Source: Macrostomum lignano (lineage: Eukaryota). From it: a stretch of 64,000 bases of DNA. A program made the position numbers and the translations under genes. Location: contig NIVC01002574.1 of the NCBI GenBank assembly GCA_002269645.1, positions 96,805 through 160,804 on the forward strand. The letters run 5' to 3'. The notes beneath the pieces are model-generated. The model made no database searches, was not told the origin of the DNA, and saw nothing but the letters and a program-made list of their open reading frames with translations. Positions 26,601-45,944 of this stretch are shown in pieces (the first letter of the stretch is position 1; every line of letters starts with the position of its first letter).

Positions 26601-27659
26601 AGGGGCTTAATTATTATTTGATTGCCATTACACAACACATTTAAGATCCTGTCTGACATTTTTTGTCTATAATCTTAAGTGTCAAAGCACAGCTTTCATA
26701 TAATATAGAATAGCATTATTATTACTTTCATATTTATTACTATTTTATCTAAGGCAATATTAAACTATAGGTCTATAAGTTGATTGAAGTAAAAAAGCAC
26801 AAAAAATTATTCAAGCATCATCAGATTTATCGCTACAATTTTTTCATAAAACTACGTTGTAAAAACACAAAGACAGTTAAGACCTAACCCTAACCAATTT
26901 TCATAGAAAACAAGATATTTAAAAATCGCGGTCCCACCTTTACGTTAATCTTGTCAACATCAACTTACGCGTATTTTATACACAGCGTAGACGCGTGTCA
27001 ATCAGAGTCATCGGCTCATTTAGGATGGCCGCTCTTAGTCTGTGCCACAGAGTTTTGTGCATCGCGCATAGACGGCTGCAGTAGCCATTGGGAAATTAAG
27101 CGTGTTGCTAGACGTATAGAAATTAACGGTAGCCAGCCAGAGGGAAAATGCACCTCCAACTTTTGATAAGATATCCTATATTCCTATGTTTTTTTAATAT
27201 GGTATAATCGAATTAAGCTTTAACTTTTTGTCTTGACTCGTTCCACCAAGCCTCCTCGGTTCTGGGCTTTAGCCCACCATTTTTTCGAACATGAATCCTA
27301 TACATATGGCTACATCCAGCTACGACGTACATGTAGGCGTTTACAGTTGCGAAAAGGCCCGAAGAGTAAAAGACATGTCGTCAGAGGATATCGTCAAGAC
27401 TACGAGTAATTTTGAACAAAGTAGATTCATGAGGAGTGTAAAGTGACCCAGATCGAGATACGTGTACTCCTCCATTGCTGCTACATGTATTTTTATGACT
27501 TATATTTAGCGCAGGGCACAAATCTCAGTGCTGGGGATGGGCAATATACTTTTTCATATACTAACGAATGTCGTTGAATAAAGCAAGTTTTCCCAACCAT
27601 TCCCAACAACCAAAAAACAACAAAATTCATTGTTTGCCAGTCAAGAAGCGAGTCATTTG

Positions 27660-29640
27660 AGAGGTAGGACAACGTCACAGGGCACGTGGGCTGCACAGCC
27701 GGCAGTGTCCTGGGGAGTGCGCACCTAGCTGTCCACGCCAGTAGGGTGCCTGTGCAGCGTCAGCAGCAGCCTGCAGCTAGCACCGGCTGCAGACAGTGAC
27801 TCGGCTCAGATGAACGGGACAGGCCGGTGCGGTGATAGAGTGCCACATTGCTGACGTGCTCGTAGTCGATCGTGAAAGCGCGGGGCGCCGCAGGCCAGCA
27901 TGCGCCGCATCGACCTGCTGTTCGAGCGAGTCTGTCCAGGTCTCGGCGTTGCACAACAGGACCGTCTCCATCACCGCCTGGAACAACTCCGCCCTCTATC
28001 GTTCGGAAGTGCCTCGTCGGACTGCAGGACAGCCCTCACAGAACGGAAGGCAGCCCAAGAAAGTCCACGGCGACGTCGCAGATCCTCGTAAACGTCATGG
28101 ACACCATATTGCCGAGTTAGACGAACTACTGACAGTGCGCAAGCTTCCTCACCTGCGCGTCAGCGCCGTCGACGATCGAGGACAGCCGGGCGAGATCATG
28201 CATCGGTGTAGCCAAGCACGCTGAGCCGCCTCTCCGGTTGGCGGCGACCCACGTCGCTGCAATAGGAAGCGGTCGTCGTTAGAAGGTAGAGTAGTCCACA
28301 GCACCCAGTCAAGCATCAGGACGAACAGGAACGGCGCAAGCGTATCTCCCTGAAGCACCCAGAGGATTCTAAAAGAAATCCGACAGGCCGTCCGGTGTCA
28401 GCACAGCAGCGCTCGTGCCTTGATACAGCGCCATGACGGCGGAATCAGCTGCTCTGGCACGTTGTACGCACGAAGCACCATTGGTAGCACGGCCCTCACG
28501 ACCGAGTTGAAAGACTTCCTTAAGTCAATAAAGAGAGCAATCAGGCTCGACTGGCGAGTCCGCGCTTCTTCGATGATCCGGCGAAGAGCCAGGATCTGCG
28601 CCACTACTGTGCCGCGATGGGGCCGGAACCCGTTTTGCTCAGGCCGCAAATACGCATCCACGGGCAGAAACTGTGATAGCAGCATCCGGTTGAACAGCTT
28701 CGCAGTGCAGGACTGCAATCAGAACGCTCGGTGCTCCTCAAGCCGCGTGGTGCCCTGCTTCTTCGGAATAGCGACGATGTGGGCCGCGGTTCATTCGTTG
28801 GGTGCCGCCTCACCGAAAAGCACGCGGTTCGACATCACACTGGCGACCTCGCTGGCCACACAGTGGAGTCGCAGCGTCTCGATGGGCACCTCGTCCGGAC
28901 CCAGCGCTTTGCCGCCCGGAGTCTCCGCAGGCAACGACGTCCCCGGCGGGCAGCCTCAGCTCGTCAAGCGGCCTCTCTAGCTGTCCTCGGTTGCCGAATC
29001 GCAGGGTCATCCTGCCACACCGGCTGCCTAGGTCGGGTACGTACGGAAGGAGGCGCGTACGCGCAGAACAGGCGAGCGTTCCGCCGCCGCGAAGCCGGAC
29101 GTCGACCTGAAGCAGCTGGTCAGACGGAGATGTAGCGACAGCTCTGCTGCAGCCTCGGTCCGATCAGCACTCCAACTCCTCCACGGCCTCGTTGGTCCGC
29201 CGACGTGTACAGAGGGTCCAACTGGACTGGACTGGACTGGACTGGACTGGACTGGACTGGACTGGACTGGACTGGACTGGACTGGACGGGACTGGACGGG
29301 ACTGGACTGGACTGGACGGGACTGGAATTCCCCGCCAAATTCTAAATGATGTACATATACAAGGGGTGAAAAATCGAACTGCGACAAATGCAGTTCTGGG
29401 AGTTGTTGAAAACTTTTTCTCAAACTGAGAGCCAGGCAGGCAAGGCAGCCCTTCAGCGGCAGCAACATGCACCTGCTCCATGTCTGTCCACAAACGCGCA
29501 TATGTTGCGTCCATGCAGCTTCTAATTTTCTGGCACAGTAAACGTCAGTATGCAGCAATGACTGGTGGGGCTCAAATGGATTCCGGACCACCACAGCAAT
29601 CCTGAGGCCGAACGTCCTGGCGAAGGCCGGTCAGTCTACA
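27660..29640 (-). mobile_element. Degenerate RTE-like non-LTR retrotransposon (endonuclease + RT fragments, frameshifted and internally deleted)
   Basis: Fragments GRGGVGVLIG, AKLFNRMLL, LRPEQNGFRPHRGT, IALFIDLRKSFNSV, LQGDTLAPFLFVLMLD, FQAVMETVLLCNAETWT; boundaries approximate. Confidence 0.85.
29218..29325. repeat. (GGACT)n microsatellite inside the LINE
   Basis: Direct reading. Confidence 0.95.
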
Positions 29641-31191
29641 GCTGTTAATACAGTTTAGAATTATATCATTCGATATAATTTATTTTAGAAATTTACCAAC
29701 CAAAATGCGAGATGCTATACCGCAAAGTGGGAAACCGATCTTCAAACTTTTTTTAGACTGATTTTGTCATATTTGTCTAAATGGAAAAATCTCAAAATAA
29801 CGCCCCAATAATAGTCTAAAATATTTAGTTTCAAAATCTTAGAAGTTCAACTCTTAAAACTCCGTTCGTTATTTTTTCAGAGAATTCAAGTCAGAATAAA
29901 AGCAACAAAAAATGCCGTAACGCGCAGATAACAAGCAATTCAAATTAACCAAGGACATAAATATACAGTTATTTCTGTATAGTAAGATAATGGCCGGTCC
30001 CAACTGAGGCCATAGACAACAGTAGAAAGTGCATCCATTGCACGAATCCATATATTAAGCATGTACGAGCTGTATTGATCGCTTGAAGATCGAAAAACAA
30101 TCAACCATGCAGTGACACGAAACTCTGAAGTACTTCAGCAATTAGTTATAAGTTATTATACTGATAAGAATCCTTACAAATTAATGCACACATATCTGGG
30201 GTCAGGGTAGGGGGTTCAGCTCCGACGCTCACTGCACCCCTGTGCGCATTGCGGTGGCACTGCGGTGGGACCTCGCTGTCAAAATACATTTGCGTCTTGC
30301 CAGCCTGCCAGCAGCAAATGTATTTATTAATTTAGAGGTGTCAATATATAATAGCATATATGGCACTCGCAATGCAACTACAATGCAGCACGGTCAATAT
30401 GATGCATGGCTCACTGATGCAGTGATTCGGGTGCAGTATGTGGTTGGTTTTAAGCAGCTGTAAGCATCAGCATAAGGGTTGCAGTTACTTACAACTGATA
30501 TGGCGATAATGATGACAGCTTAATTCCGGCTTTTCCAAGGAGGCTGGATGCAGCGTATGATGAAGCCACTAGCTTATGCTCTTTAAATCAGTTTCGTTAT
30601 ATCATCGTTTTGTCTTCTTCTTTTCTTGTTACTGTTGCTGCTGCTATTAGCTATTAACGTGCTTCCGGCTCGAGTCAGAGACAGATATGGGGGGTTGAGC
30701 TCGGAGTCAGGCCTCTCACAGCAAGATATATAGCTCCGCCTGCGTCTCACCTTGTCTCAGATTGTCACCAATTACCTGCTGCGCTGGGACTCAAGAGCGT
30801 GCATAGCGACTACTGTAGCTACTACTGTATATATACACATTAAAGTGAAACACCGGCTAGCAGCAGTGTGGCGCCGGCTTGAACGAGGCGCACAAGACAG
30901 AGAGAGGCGCGTACAAGACCTGCTGCTGTTAGAGCTGTGGCCGTGAGATAGGCCAATGAGGCTTTACCGTTCTTGGTGGCTAATTCTCTCTCTTTATTCC
31001 CAGCTCTCCTCCTCGCTAGCCGGAGTGCCATTCGCCTAGAGATACAGCTTTGAGCAGTCAGCTCCCTGCCTGCCCCAGCCTATGCTCACTCACGACAAGC
31101 TGCTGTCTCTCTCTACTGCAGTGCCATTCCGCTGCATAATTTCTGACAGCGGCAGAGAGTCGTATATCAAAACCGCATTTGACAAGCGGTG

Positions 31192-31194
<3 letters not shown>

Positions 31195-31258
<64 letters not shown>
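31195..31258. repeat. (CT)n microsatellite
   Basis: Direct reading. Confidence 0.95.
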
Positions 31259-31263
<5 letters not shown>

Positions 31264-31914
31264 GCACATACCCCAGTTGCGATATGATTCAGTACAGCGG
31301 CCTGCAGTTGCAGGAGTCGGTATTTGAAGAGTCAGAGGAGGTGGCAGCTTCTCCAGACGTTACTGCAGCCACATGGCAGGCAAGCCCGCGACTGAGCTCA
31401 AACTTCACAAGCTGCCGCCAGCTCACTCCGCAATTGTTGAGTTAAAAAGCTTACCGCCTATCCTAACTTCTCTCTCACTGCCTCTATAGTACTAGAGCTA
31501 TAAGCCATAGCTGTTAGAAAAGCAATACAGAAAATTTACAACGCATGCAGAGTGGAGAGCCACCGTATGCGCCCACTGCAGGCAAATTGGCGCACACGCG
31601 CACAAATCTACTGAACTCTGTTAGCGTTTGGAGTCCGGCAAACTGATTAATTAGTCTGGTTACTGGCCGCACCGAGGCTAAACTGCAGCTGTTAGCTGAG
31701 TTCAGTTCTGGCAAGATAGAGAGAGGGGAGAGAGAATGGAGGAGCCGCTAAAGGTTTGTTTAAAGTAACTTTATGTGGCAGTCGGTGAGTCAAAAGAGCA
31801 GCAATTCTGTATCCAGAGAGAAGAGAGATTTATGAGCACCCATTGCCCAGGCCCATCTCGCAGCTTGAGGCAATCCTATAGCAAACCGAAAGCAATATTT
31901 TACAAATTAGTGTA

Positions 31915-32900
31915 AGGACTCCTAATTTGGTGTCAGGACTCCTAATTTGGTGTGAGGACTCCTAATTTAGCGTCAGGACTCCTAATTTGGTGTGAGGACT
32001 CCTAATTTGGTGTCAGGACTCCTAATTTGGTGTGAGGACTCCTAATTTGGTGTGAGGACTCCTAATTTGGTGTGAGGACTCCTAATTTGGTGTGAGGACT
32101 CCTAATTTGGTGTCAGGACTCCTAATTTAGCGTCAGGACTCCTAATTTGGTGTGAGGACTCCTAATTTGGTGTGAGGACTCCTAATTTGGTGTGAGGACT
32201 CCTAATTTGGTGTGAGGACTCCTAATTTGGTGTGAGGACTCCTAATTTAGCGTCAGGACTCCTAATTTGGTGTGAGGACTCCTAATTTGGTGTCAGGACT
32301 CCTAATTTAGCGTCAGGACTCCTAATTTGGTGTGAGGACTCCTAATTTGGTGTCAGGACTCCTAATTTGGTGTGAGGACTCCTAATTTGGTGTGAGGACT
32401 CCTAATTTAGCGTCAGGACTCCTAATTTGGTGTGAGGACTCCTAATTTAGCGTCAGGACTCCTAATTTGGTGTGAGGACTCCTAATTTGGTGTCAGGACT
32501 CCTAATTTGGTGTCAGGACTCCTAATTTGGTGTGAGGACTCCTAATTTGGTGTGAGGACTCCTAATTTCGTGTGAGGACTCCACATTTAGCGTCAGGACT
32601 CTATTTTGGTTGTCACAACTTTACAGCTAGCATCAGGACTCTACAATTAGAGTCAGGACTCTACATTTAGTGTCAGGACTCTACATTTAGTGTCAGGACT
32701 CTACATTTAGTGTCAGGACTTTAAATTTAGTGTTAGGATTCTACATTTAGTGTCAGAACTCTGCATTTAGTGTCAGGACTCTATTTTGAGTGTCAGGACT
32801 CTTCATTTAGTGTCAGGACTCTACAGTTAGTGTCAGGACTCTACAGTTAGTGTCAGAACTCTCTACAGTTAGTGTCAGGACTCTACAGTTAGTGTCAGGA
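31915..32900. repeat. 20-bp minisatellite (GGACTCCTAATTTGGTGTGA)n, degenerating toward the 3' end
   Basis: Direct reading. Confidence 0.95.
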
Positions 32901-33664
32901 CTCTACTTTGAGTGTCAGGGGTGCTAAATTGAGTATCAGGGGTTCTGTTGCGATTCGTGACTGCATTGCTTGAGGGTATAACTTGTGTAAAATTAGCTAT
33001 ATGGACTAAAAAGTACACTTTTGAGTACTAAGAAAGACACGCCATTTAGAGAACTAGCTAGCACTGATATGGGCCTTATCGTACACAGGCTGGCAGAGAG
33101 AGGACCCAGCCCCCAGATACGAACGCACAGCCCAGCGCGATAGCACAGGCCCAATGCTGCTGCTGTTGCTGCTGCTGTAAGCAGTAGTGCGCCGAATCAG
33201 CGCTGATTGGAAATTGAACCGCTGAGTCGCCAAGTGTGCCTGATTAATTCCAGCTGTAGTTATGCCAAGGTGCCTTGCCGTCTGGTGCTGGATAATCTCG
33301 ATTGCTTGCATGGCTCTTGATTAATTAGTTATTACGCCTGTTCTCTGCTCTGTTGTCTGTTTGTCCATCTGACTTGTTGTTTAAATGCACAGGCAATGTT
33401 GAGGAGCAGCAGAGATGGGCGGCTCAATAGCTAAAGTCAGCTTAATTAGTTTGCAGGGTCCCGCGCCCATTCATTCCCATTTATCGCGGACCCCTAAGCA
33501 CGCACCGACAACAGATTAGCGACACGCGGACGTACACACGCTCACTCAGGGTGTACAGCAGCCCTGACTTTCTAATCGTCAGGCATGTACACTGTCTGTG
33601 CCTGGGGGTTGGTGAGAGGCACATGTATGATGGAGGCGCTATACAGAGTTCCTGAAGACACTCA

Positions 33665-34425
33665 ACTGTCGAGGGCGCCCAGTTGCTGTTGCGGCGAGTG
33701 TCGGCCTGGTGGTCAACACGCAGAAGGCCGTCGTGCTCTGTGTGCCGAACGACATCGAGGCTGCGATTTTGTGCCGAGGCGCTGATGGACAGGCGACAGA
33801 GCTTCCGCGTTGTCAGCAGTTCGTCTACCTCGGCGGTCTGGTTCCCGGTGTCCGCGAGGATTTGCGGCGTCGCCGCGGGCTTGCCTGGGCTGCCTTTCGT
33901 TCTGTGAGGGCAGTGCTGTAGTCCGAGGCCCTGCCTGACCGCCAGAGGGCGGCGCTGTTCCAGGCGGTGATCGAAACCGTCCTGCTGTACAACGCCGAGA
34001 CCTGGACGCTGACGGAGTCGCTCGAGCAACAAGTTGACGCGGTGTATGCTGGTCTGCTGCGCCGCCTTCAAGATCGGCTACGAGTGAGTGAGCAACGCGG
34101 CTTTGTATCGCCGCGCCGGCCTGGTCCGTCCAAGCGACCTGTTTCGCCGTCGGCGACTCCAGTTGGCAGGCCACATCATCCGCGCCGAGTCCTACTGCCC
34201 AGAGCCGGTGCAGGAGGTGCTGCTGCTAACGCTGCAGGCAACCTACCGGCGGGGGCAGGCGCGCACTCGGCGTTTCGTCGACTGCCTGGTAGCTGACGCC
34301 GGCGCCCCGGACACTGCCGGCGGCGTGGCGATCATTCGCGACCTGTCCCTGAGGCTGGCCTTGTGACGCTGAACGCGTATTCTGTTGTGTGTTGTTCCTG
34401 AAGAACGGCGGGGTTTGTACTATAA
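33665..34425 (+). mobile_element. 5'-truncated RTE-like LINE fragment, same family as 27660-29640
   Basis: GLVVNTQK, QFVYLGG, RRRRGLAWAAF, FQAVIETVLLYNAETWTLT, RRRRLQLAGHIIRAE; in-frame stop and frameshift; TATAATAA tail. Confidence 0.85.
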
Positions 34426-34427
34426 TA

Positions 34428-34857
34428 ACTGGATGGGTCACTCAGGCATATATACTCGTACTTAGTAGTAGTAAAACAGCTTTCTACTTTCAGTTCAGTA
34501 GCAAAGAATACGTAAGCTAATTTTATAAAAATAAAGTCAGCTGAAATGACTTTGATAAGTTTAGAAGCCCCAAGCTTGCAGGCGTAAACAACTTGCTAAT
34601 TGGTTCAGCAATAATGCACATTGGCCAGTCCACTGAAATGTACATGGCAGCTTTAAGGTGTAATTCCGAGAAAGCCATAAAAATTGGGGCGGGACGGGGG
34701 GGGTGTGTGGAAAGGCGCGATTGGAGGGTCTAAGCTGGGTTGGGGGTAAGAGGCGATAAATGAGCCTTGGCGTTAAAATATACATTAAAATGCTTTTTTA
34801 ACTTACTACTGAACTAAAAGTAGCTAACACGCAAATGTGCTGAGTGGCCCATCTAGT
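34428..34857. mobile_element. MITE copy A, 430 bp, TIR ACTRGATGGGYCACTCAG, TA flanks (Tc1/mariner-type)
   Basis: TIRs at both ends; inverted homologue of 37819-38243. Confidence 0.8.
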
Positions 34858-35800
34858 TATTTTAGTCTTTGGCTTGGCCCTGTGAATGTTAGTGACCACA
34901 GAATATATTCTGTGTTAGTGACCGTCTTCTGAAGTACGGAAGGCACAGGTTCATCGAATTACCAGTACGTCTGTTTCGCACCAGGCAGCCTGATAGTCAA
35001 ATAGCCTATAGTGAAATGCACGCTTGTAATGAATAAAGTAGTAAATTTTATTAAATCGCGAGCTTGACAGATGCGTAACTGCCATCGAGATTCTTTTATT
35101 GATGTACATTTTTCATCGATCAGGGTGGGTTTCTTATGCATGTATGCCAACGCAAAAGTAAGACAAACAGTGACCCGCACTGAGCAGTGACCCGCACTGA
35201 GCAGTGACCCAACTCTGAGCAGTGACCTGCACTGAGCAGTGACCCACGCACGTTTAACAGCCACGCTGAAGAGCTGACGATAAACAAGCAATCCAACGGT
35301 GCACAATTTCAATACAATACATTAGAATGCACGGCTGAGGGGTTGAAAATATGCAAAAACCGTTTTTGTTAAATAATTCATTGTTTAATATCTATATGTG
35401 ACACTTCTGTACTCGTACACATTAATTATAATAAGACATTAGAAGACTAACTGAAGATTAAGGCACGCTATTTATTGCGAGGAAAATATGGCTTTAGAAT
35501 TCTGTGCAACAAGGCTGGAATGCGTAGGACCTACGCTAGCACTGCATACCGAACACTGTGCACGCAATGTCTAAAAATAGCATCAGGGAATCCCCAATAG
35601 AAAAACCTGGGGCAAACGTAGCGCCGACGCTGCAATTCGTGTCCGATGCGCAGCGAAATCGTGGCGGCCCGGCCAGCAGCATAAAAAGCCGCAGCAAAAG
35701 CCGCAGCAAAAGCCGCAGACAAGTCAGCTCACTTCAGCCTCAGCTGAGACTTTGAGAAGGCATCCAAGAGTCCCCAGCTTCAGACCAGACAAGCTAAATC

Positions 35801-36658
35801 ATGGCCTCATCGGTCGTACCGTTCAAGTGTTACTATGGCAACGAGATCCGGCGCCTCAGCCTTGCGGGCCAAGCCACCTACGCCAGCCTGGTGGAGCAGC
35901 TGCAGGCCGTCTTCTCCATCGCGCCAACGCAGCAGCTGCGGCTCCGCTGGCAGGATGAGGAGGGTGACAGGGTCACCATGACAACCAATGCCGAGCTGCA
36001 GGAGGCCATCCGCAGCCTCGCCGCCAGACGGGACGGCGGCTCCGGCGACGCTGTCAAAGTCTTCATCAGCGTCGGCGACCCGACGGTCGTCCACGAGGGC
36101 GTCGTGTGCGATGGCTGCGAGTCCGGCGTGACGGGCCAGCGGTTCAAGTGCCTCCTGTGCCCCGACTTTGACCTCTGCTCGGCCTGCATGACAGGCGGCA
36201 GCCACAGCCAGCATCCCATGCTCCTCATCAGGCGGCCTGACGACCTCCCGGCAGCTCGCTGCTTCCGCCGCGGTCCCTGCGGCCGGGGACGATGGGGCGG
36301 CCCGCGGTTCCGCGACTTCTTCGCCAAGGCTGCCGAGGCCGCTGCAGCCGCCGCCGCGGACTTCGAAGGAGCCGCCACCGCTGCCACCTCCCAGCAGGCC
36401 GCTCCGCCACCGCCGCCTCCGCCCGCCGCCACCTCCGCCGAGGCGATGGCGACCGACGAGCGGCCGGAGGAGGCCGCGGCCGCTGCCGCCGGTCGCCATG
36501 ACAACAGCGGGGAGATGCCGGACCCGCGAGTGGCTCGAGCGCTGGAGCACATGCAGGCCATGGGCTTCAGCGATGACGGAGGCTGGCTGACCCGTCTGCT
36601 GCTGGCCAAGGAGGGCGACATCTGCGCCGTGCTGGACGCCATCCGGCCCGTCAAGTGA
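35801..36658 (+). CDS. SQSTM1: Sequestosome-1/p62 homologue, 285 aa, intronless (PB1, ZZ, UBA)
   Basis: PB1 (FKCYY..EIRR..WQDEEGDRVTM), ZZ (HEGVVCDGC..RFKCLLCPDFDLCSAC..H..H), UBA (DPRVARALEHMQAMGFSDDGGWLTRLL..GDI..VLD). Confidence 0.93.
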   Translation: MASSVVPFKCYYGNEIRRLSLAGQATYASLVEQLQAVFSIAPTQQLRLRWQDEEGDRVTMTTNAELQEAIRSLAARRDGGSGDAVKVFISVGDPTVVHEGVVCDGCESGVTGQRFKCLLCPDFDLCSACMTGGSHSQHPMLLIRRPDDLPAARCFRRGPCGRGRWGGPRFRDFFAKAAEAAAAAAADFEGAATAATSQQAAPPPPPPPAATSAEAMATDERPEEAAAAAAGRHDNSGEMPDPRVARALEHMQAMGFSDDGGWLTRLLLAKEGDICAVLDAIRPVK

Positions 36659-37208
36659 CGGCCCAGCATCTGAGTGCAGGCTTTCGTGGTGAACTGCAAC
36701 TTCGCACGGCTTTGATGCGAACTCCTCATGCTAATCTGCTCGAAATTTGACCTTCTCGCCAGCTGTCATATCCAGCAATATTGTACTGTACGTGTACTTA
36801 AGTACATATAGCTATCAAGTTAGCTTCTGCAATGCCTTCTGTTCTGCGTTAGCACATGTGCGAGCGTACAATGCAAATTTGCAGACCGCGATTTTTTAAT
36901 GTTTTGACATAGTGGTTTTCATCCAGTTACTCGTAAGATGAATGCTATTATTATTTTAAGATCAATTTGAATAAGTACAGGATATGCTGTGTGCCTGTAC
37001 ATGTACCTAGTACCTAGAAGCAAAAAACTTTGGATCAAGGAAATATACGAGACAGTAATTCAAATTGGTTTACATTCGAAAACCTTTTGCCCTATTGATT
37101 TTTCTTTTAGAATGTAACACATGTACATGTACGAGCTCGTAATGAGTTTTCACTTCTATATAAAAATCTGAGAACTTTTTGAAAAACTGAGAAAAACACA
37201 ATGCAGGA

Positions 37209-37558
37209 CAGTGGCGTAGCCAGGAATTTCAATTGGGGGGGGGGGCGGTTGGCCTGGCTGGCCATGCCGTATGCCATTGCCACTTTTGGCGCCGCAGGCA
37301 CTCATTTTGGCGCCGCAGGCACTCATTTTGGCGAAGCAGGCACTCATTTTAGCGCTGCAGGCACTCATTTTAGCGCTGCAGGCACTCATTTTAGCGCTGC
37401 AGGCACTCATTTTAGCGCTGCAGGCACTCATTTTAGCGCTGCAGGCACTCAATTGCCTCATGGTTTTTGGTACGCTCGTACCCGCCGCGCCCAACCCCAC
37501 CCCCCAGGCGATGAGGGGGGGGCGGGGCGGCCCCCCCGCCCCCCTGGCTACGCCACTG
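37209..37558. mobile_element. hAT-type MITE, TIR CAGTGGCGTAGCCAG, 8-bp TSD ATGCAGGA, internal 21-bp tandem repeat
   Basis: Perfect 15-bp TIR; ATGCAGGA at 37201-37208 and 37559-37566. Confidence 0.9.
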
Positions 37559-37818
37559 ATGCAGGACGTATTACTGTTGGCTTATTTACATGTACCTTGT
37601 GTGCGCGCACGCTCACCAAATATTGTCACTGCCAGCTATACGTTCATATGTTATACATGTACCAATTGTTGTACATCATGCTTTGTCTCGCGTTAAAACT
37701 TAAACTGAGTCGATTCTGGGATTTTAAGAAACTAGAAAAAAACAAAAAAATATATACTGTCAATATGTCTTTTTGCTAATAAAAATGGTTCTTAATTGAA
37801 ACCACAGATACTAGAATA

Positions 37819-38243
37819 ACCAGATGGGCCACTCAGCACATTTGCGTGTAAGCTACTTTCAGTTCAGTAGCAAGTTAAACAGAAGCATTTTAATGTATTT
37901 TTAAAGCCAAGGCTCATTTATTGCTCTTACCCCCCTCCCCCACTTAAACCTCCAACCGCGCCTTTCCACACTACCCCCCTCGCCCCGCCCACCCTAATTT
38001 TTATTGCCTTTCTCGGGATTCCAGCCTAAAGCGGCCACGTACATTTCAGTGGACTGGCTAATGTACATTACTGCCGAACCAATTAGCAAGCTGTTTACGC
38101 CTGCAAGCTTGGGCTTCTAAACTTATCAAAGTCATTTCAGCTGCCTTTATTTTTATAAAATAGCTTATGTATACTTCCTTGCTACTGAACTGAAAGTAGA
38201 AAGCTGTTTTACTAAGTATATATGCCTGAGTGGCCCATCTAGT
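37819..38243. mobile_element. MITE copy B, 425 bp, inverted relative to copy A
   Basis: TIR ACCAGATGGGCCACTCAG...CTGAGTGGCCCATCTAGT, TA flanks; internal sequence is the diverged reverse complement of 34428-34857. Confidence 0.8.
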
Positions 38244-39511
38244 TATTTTAGTATCTGTGATTGAAACTAATGAATTTGATGCATACAAAAAATTAAATTT
38301 TGTTAAATTACAAAAGCTTATTTTACCGATCATTAATTTGCGGGCCACCTCTAATGTACATATACACGCAGTTACTCAACTAAAATGTACTTGACAGTGA
38401 CCATTGTACTTTGTACGCTGGGAGAACTACGCACACATATGTATAAAAAATTAGGTCCGGTCAACAAATGCCTAGACGCACAGATAAAAGAACAACTTCG
38501 AAAAAACTTGCAACAAACAAAACTTTGTTTTTTTGTCGCCGGATTGACTGTCGCCGGATCGTCTTCTTGTCGCCTTTTTGACTAGAAAGCCCAATAGTAG
38601 AAAGTACCAAATATTAACTAGAACTGTTTCCAACTCAAGCAGGCCAAATAAAATTCAGAAAAATTCTAGGCTTAAGTAATCAGAATCCCCAAATTTACTT
38701 ATTCTCACGGATCTTTTTTAAGGTTAATTGTTTGTTTAAATGTGTCACTACTGACTCGATTATTTTAAAAGCTTTGTAGCAGAAAACTTTATAAAGATCG
38801 AGTAAGCTGCATTTATAGTAAATTAAAATTACAAATGGACAAATTCGCATTTAGTATTGACTTTTAATGCTAGTCTAATTTCTACAATAATTGCGAACTA
38901 AAGACAATTTTGCTCCCCGTATAAATTTACCAAACAACGTCTTTCGTTGACATTAATTGCGTAGAAAATTAAAAACAAATAAAAATTTGAAAGATTATCA
39001 TGAAAATTATTTTCCTGAAAGTGACAGTGTGGAGAATGTCTGTTCAGTATGCATTTTTTTGCTTTTTTAATTTATTCTTTTTTAAGTTTAAATAAATAAT
39101 TACGGTAGCAGTTTTTAACCATCTGCTGTATAAATCCTGGCCAGATTCATTTGTATTTAATATATCAGTAGTCATGTCAAGCAAATGAATTAGTATTTAT
39201 TTCTTCTTCTTAACTTTCCCAAATGTCCATAGAAATTATTGTAGCTTATTGTATTTAGCTTAGACTCAGACAATATGTTTTAATTGACTAAAATTTTCAC
39301 TAAAAACTCTTCAAAAATGAAACTTAAAAAAACAATAGGAACTATCAACTATCAAGAAAGTTAATCAACTTTCTTGCTTAGTTGATGCATCCTGAATTTA
39401 TTGGAAAACTCTGCTAAATACAGAATTAACCCAAAAAGAGGTTCAGATCAACAAGCATCAGTGTAAAAGATACAATACTTTCATGCTCCACCGCACTGCT
39501 ATCCGTCTCGC

Positions 39512-45943
<6,432 letters not shown>

Positions 45944-45944
45944 A

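Noticed and set aside
33054-33311. 85-aa minus-strand ORF
   Set aside because: No recognisable domain or linked exons
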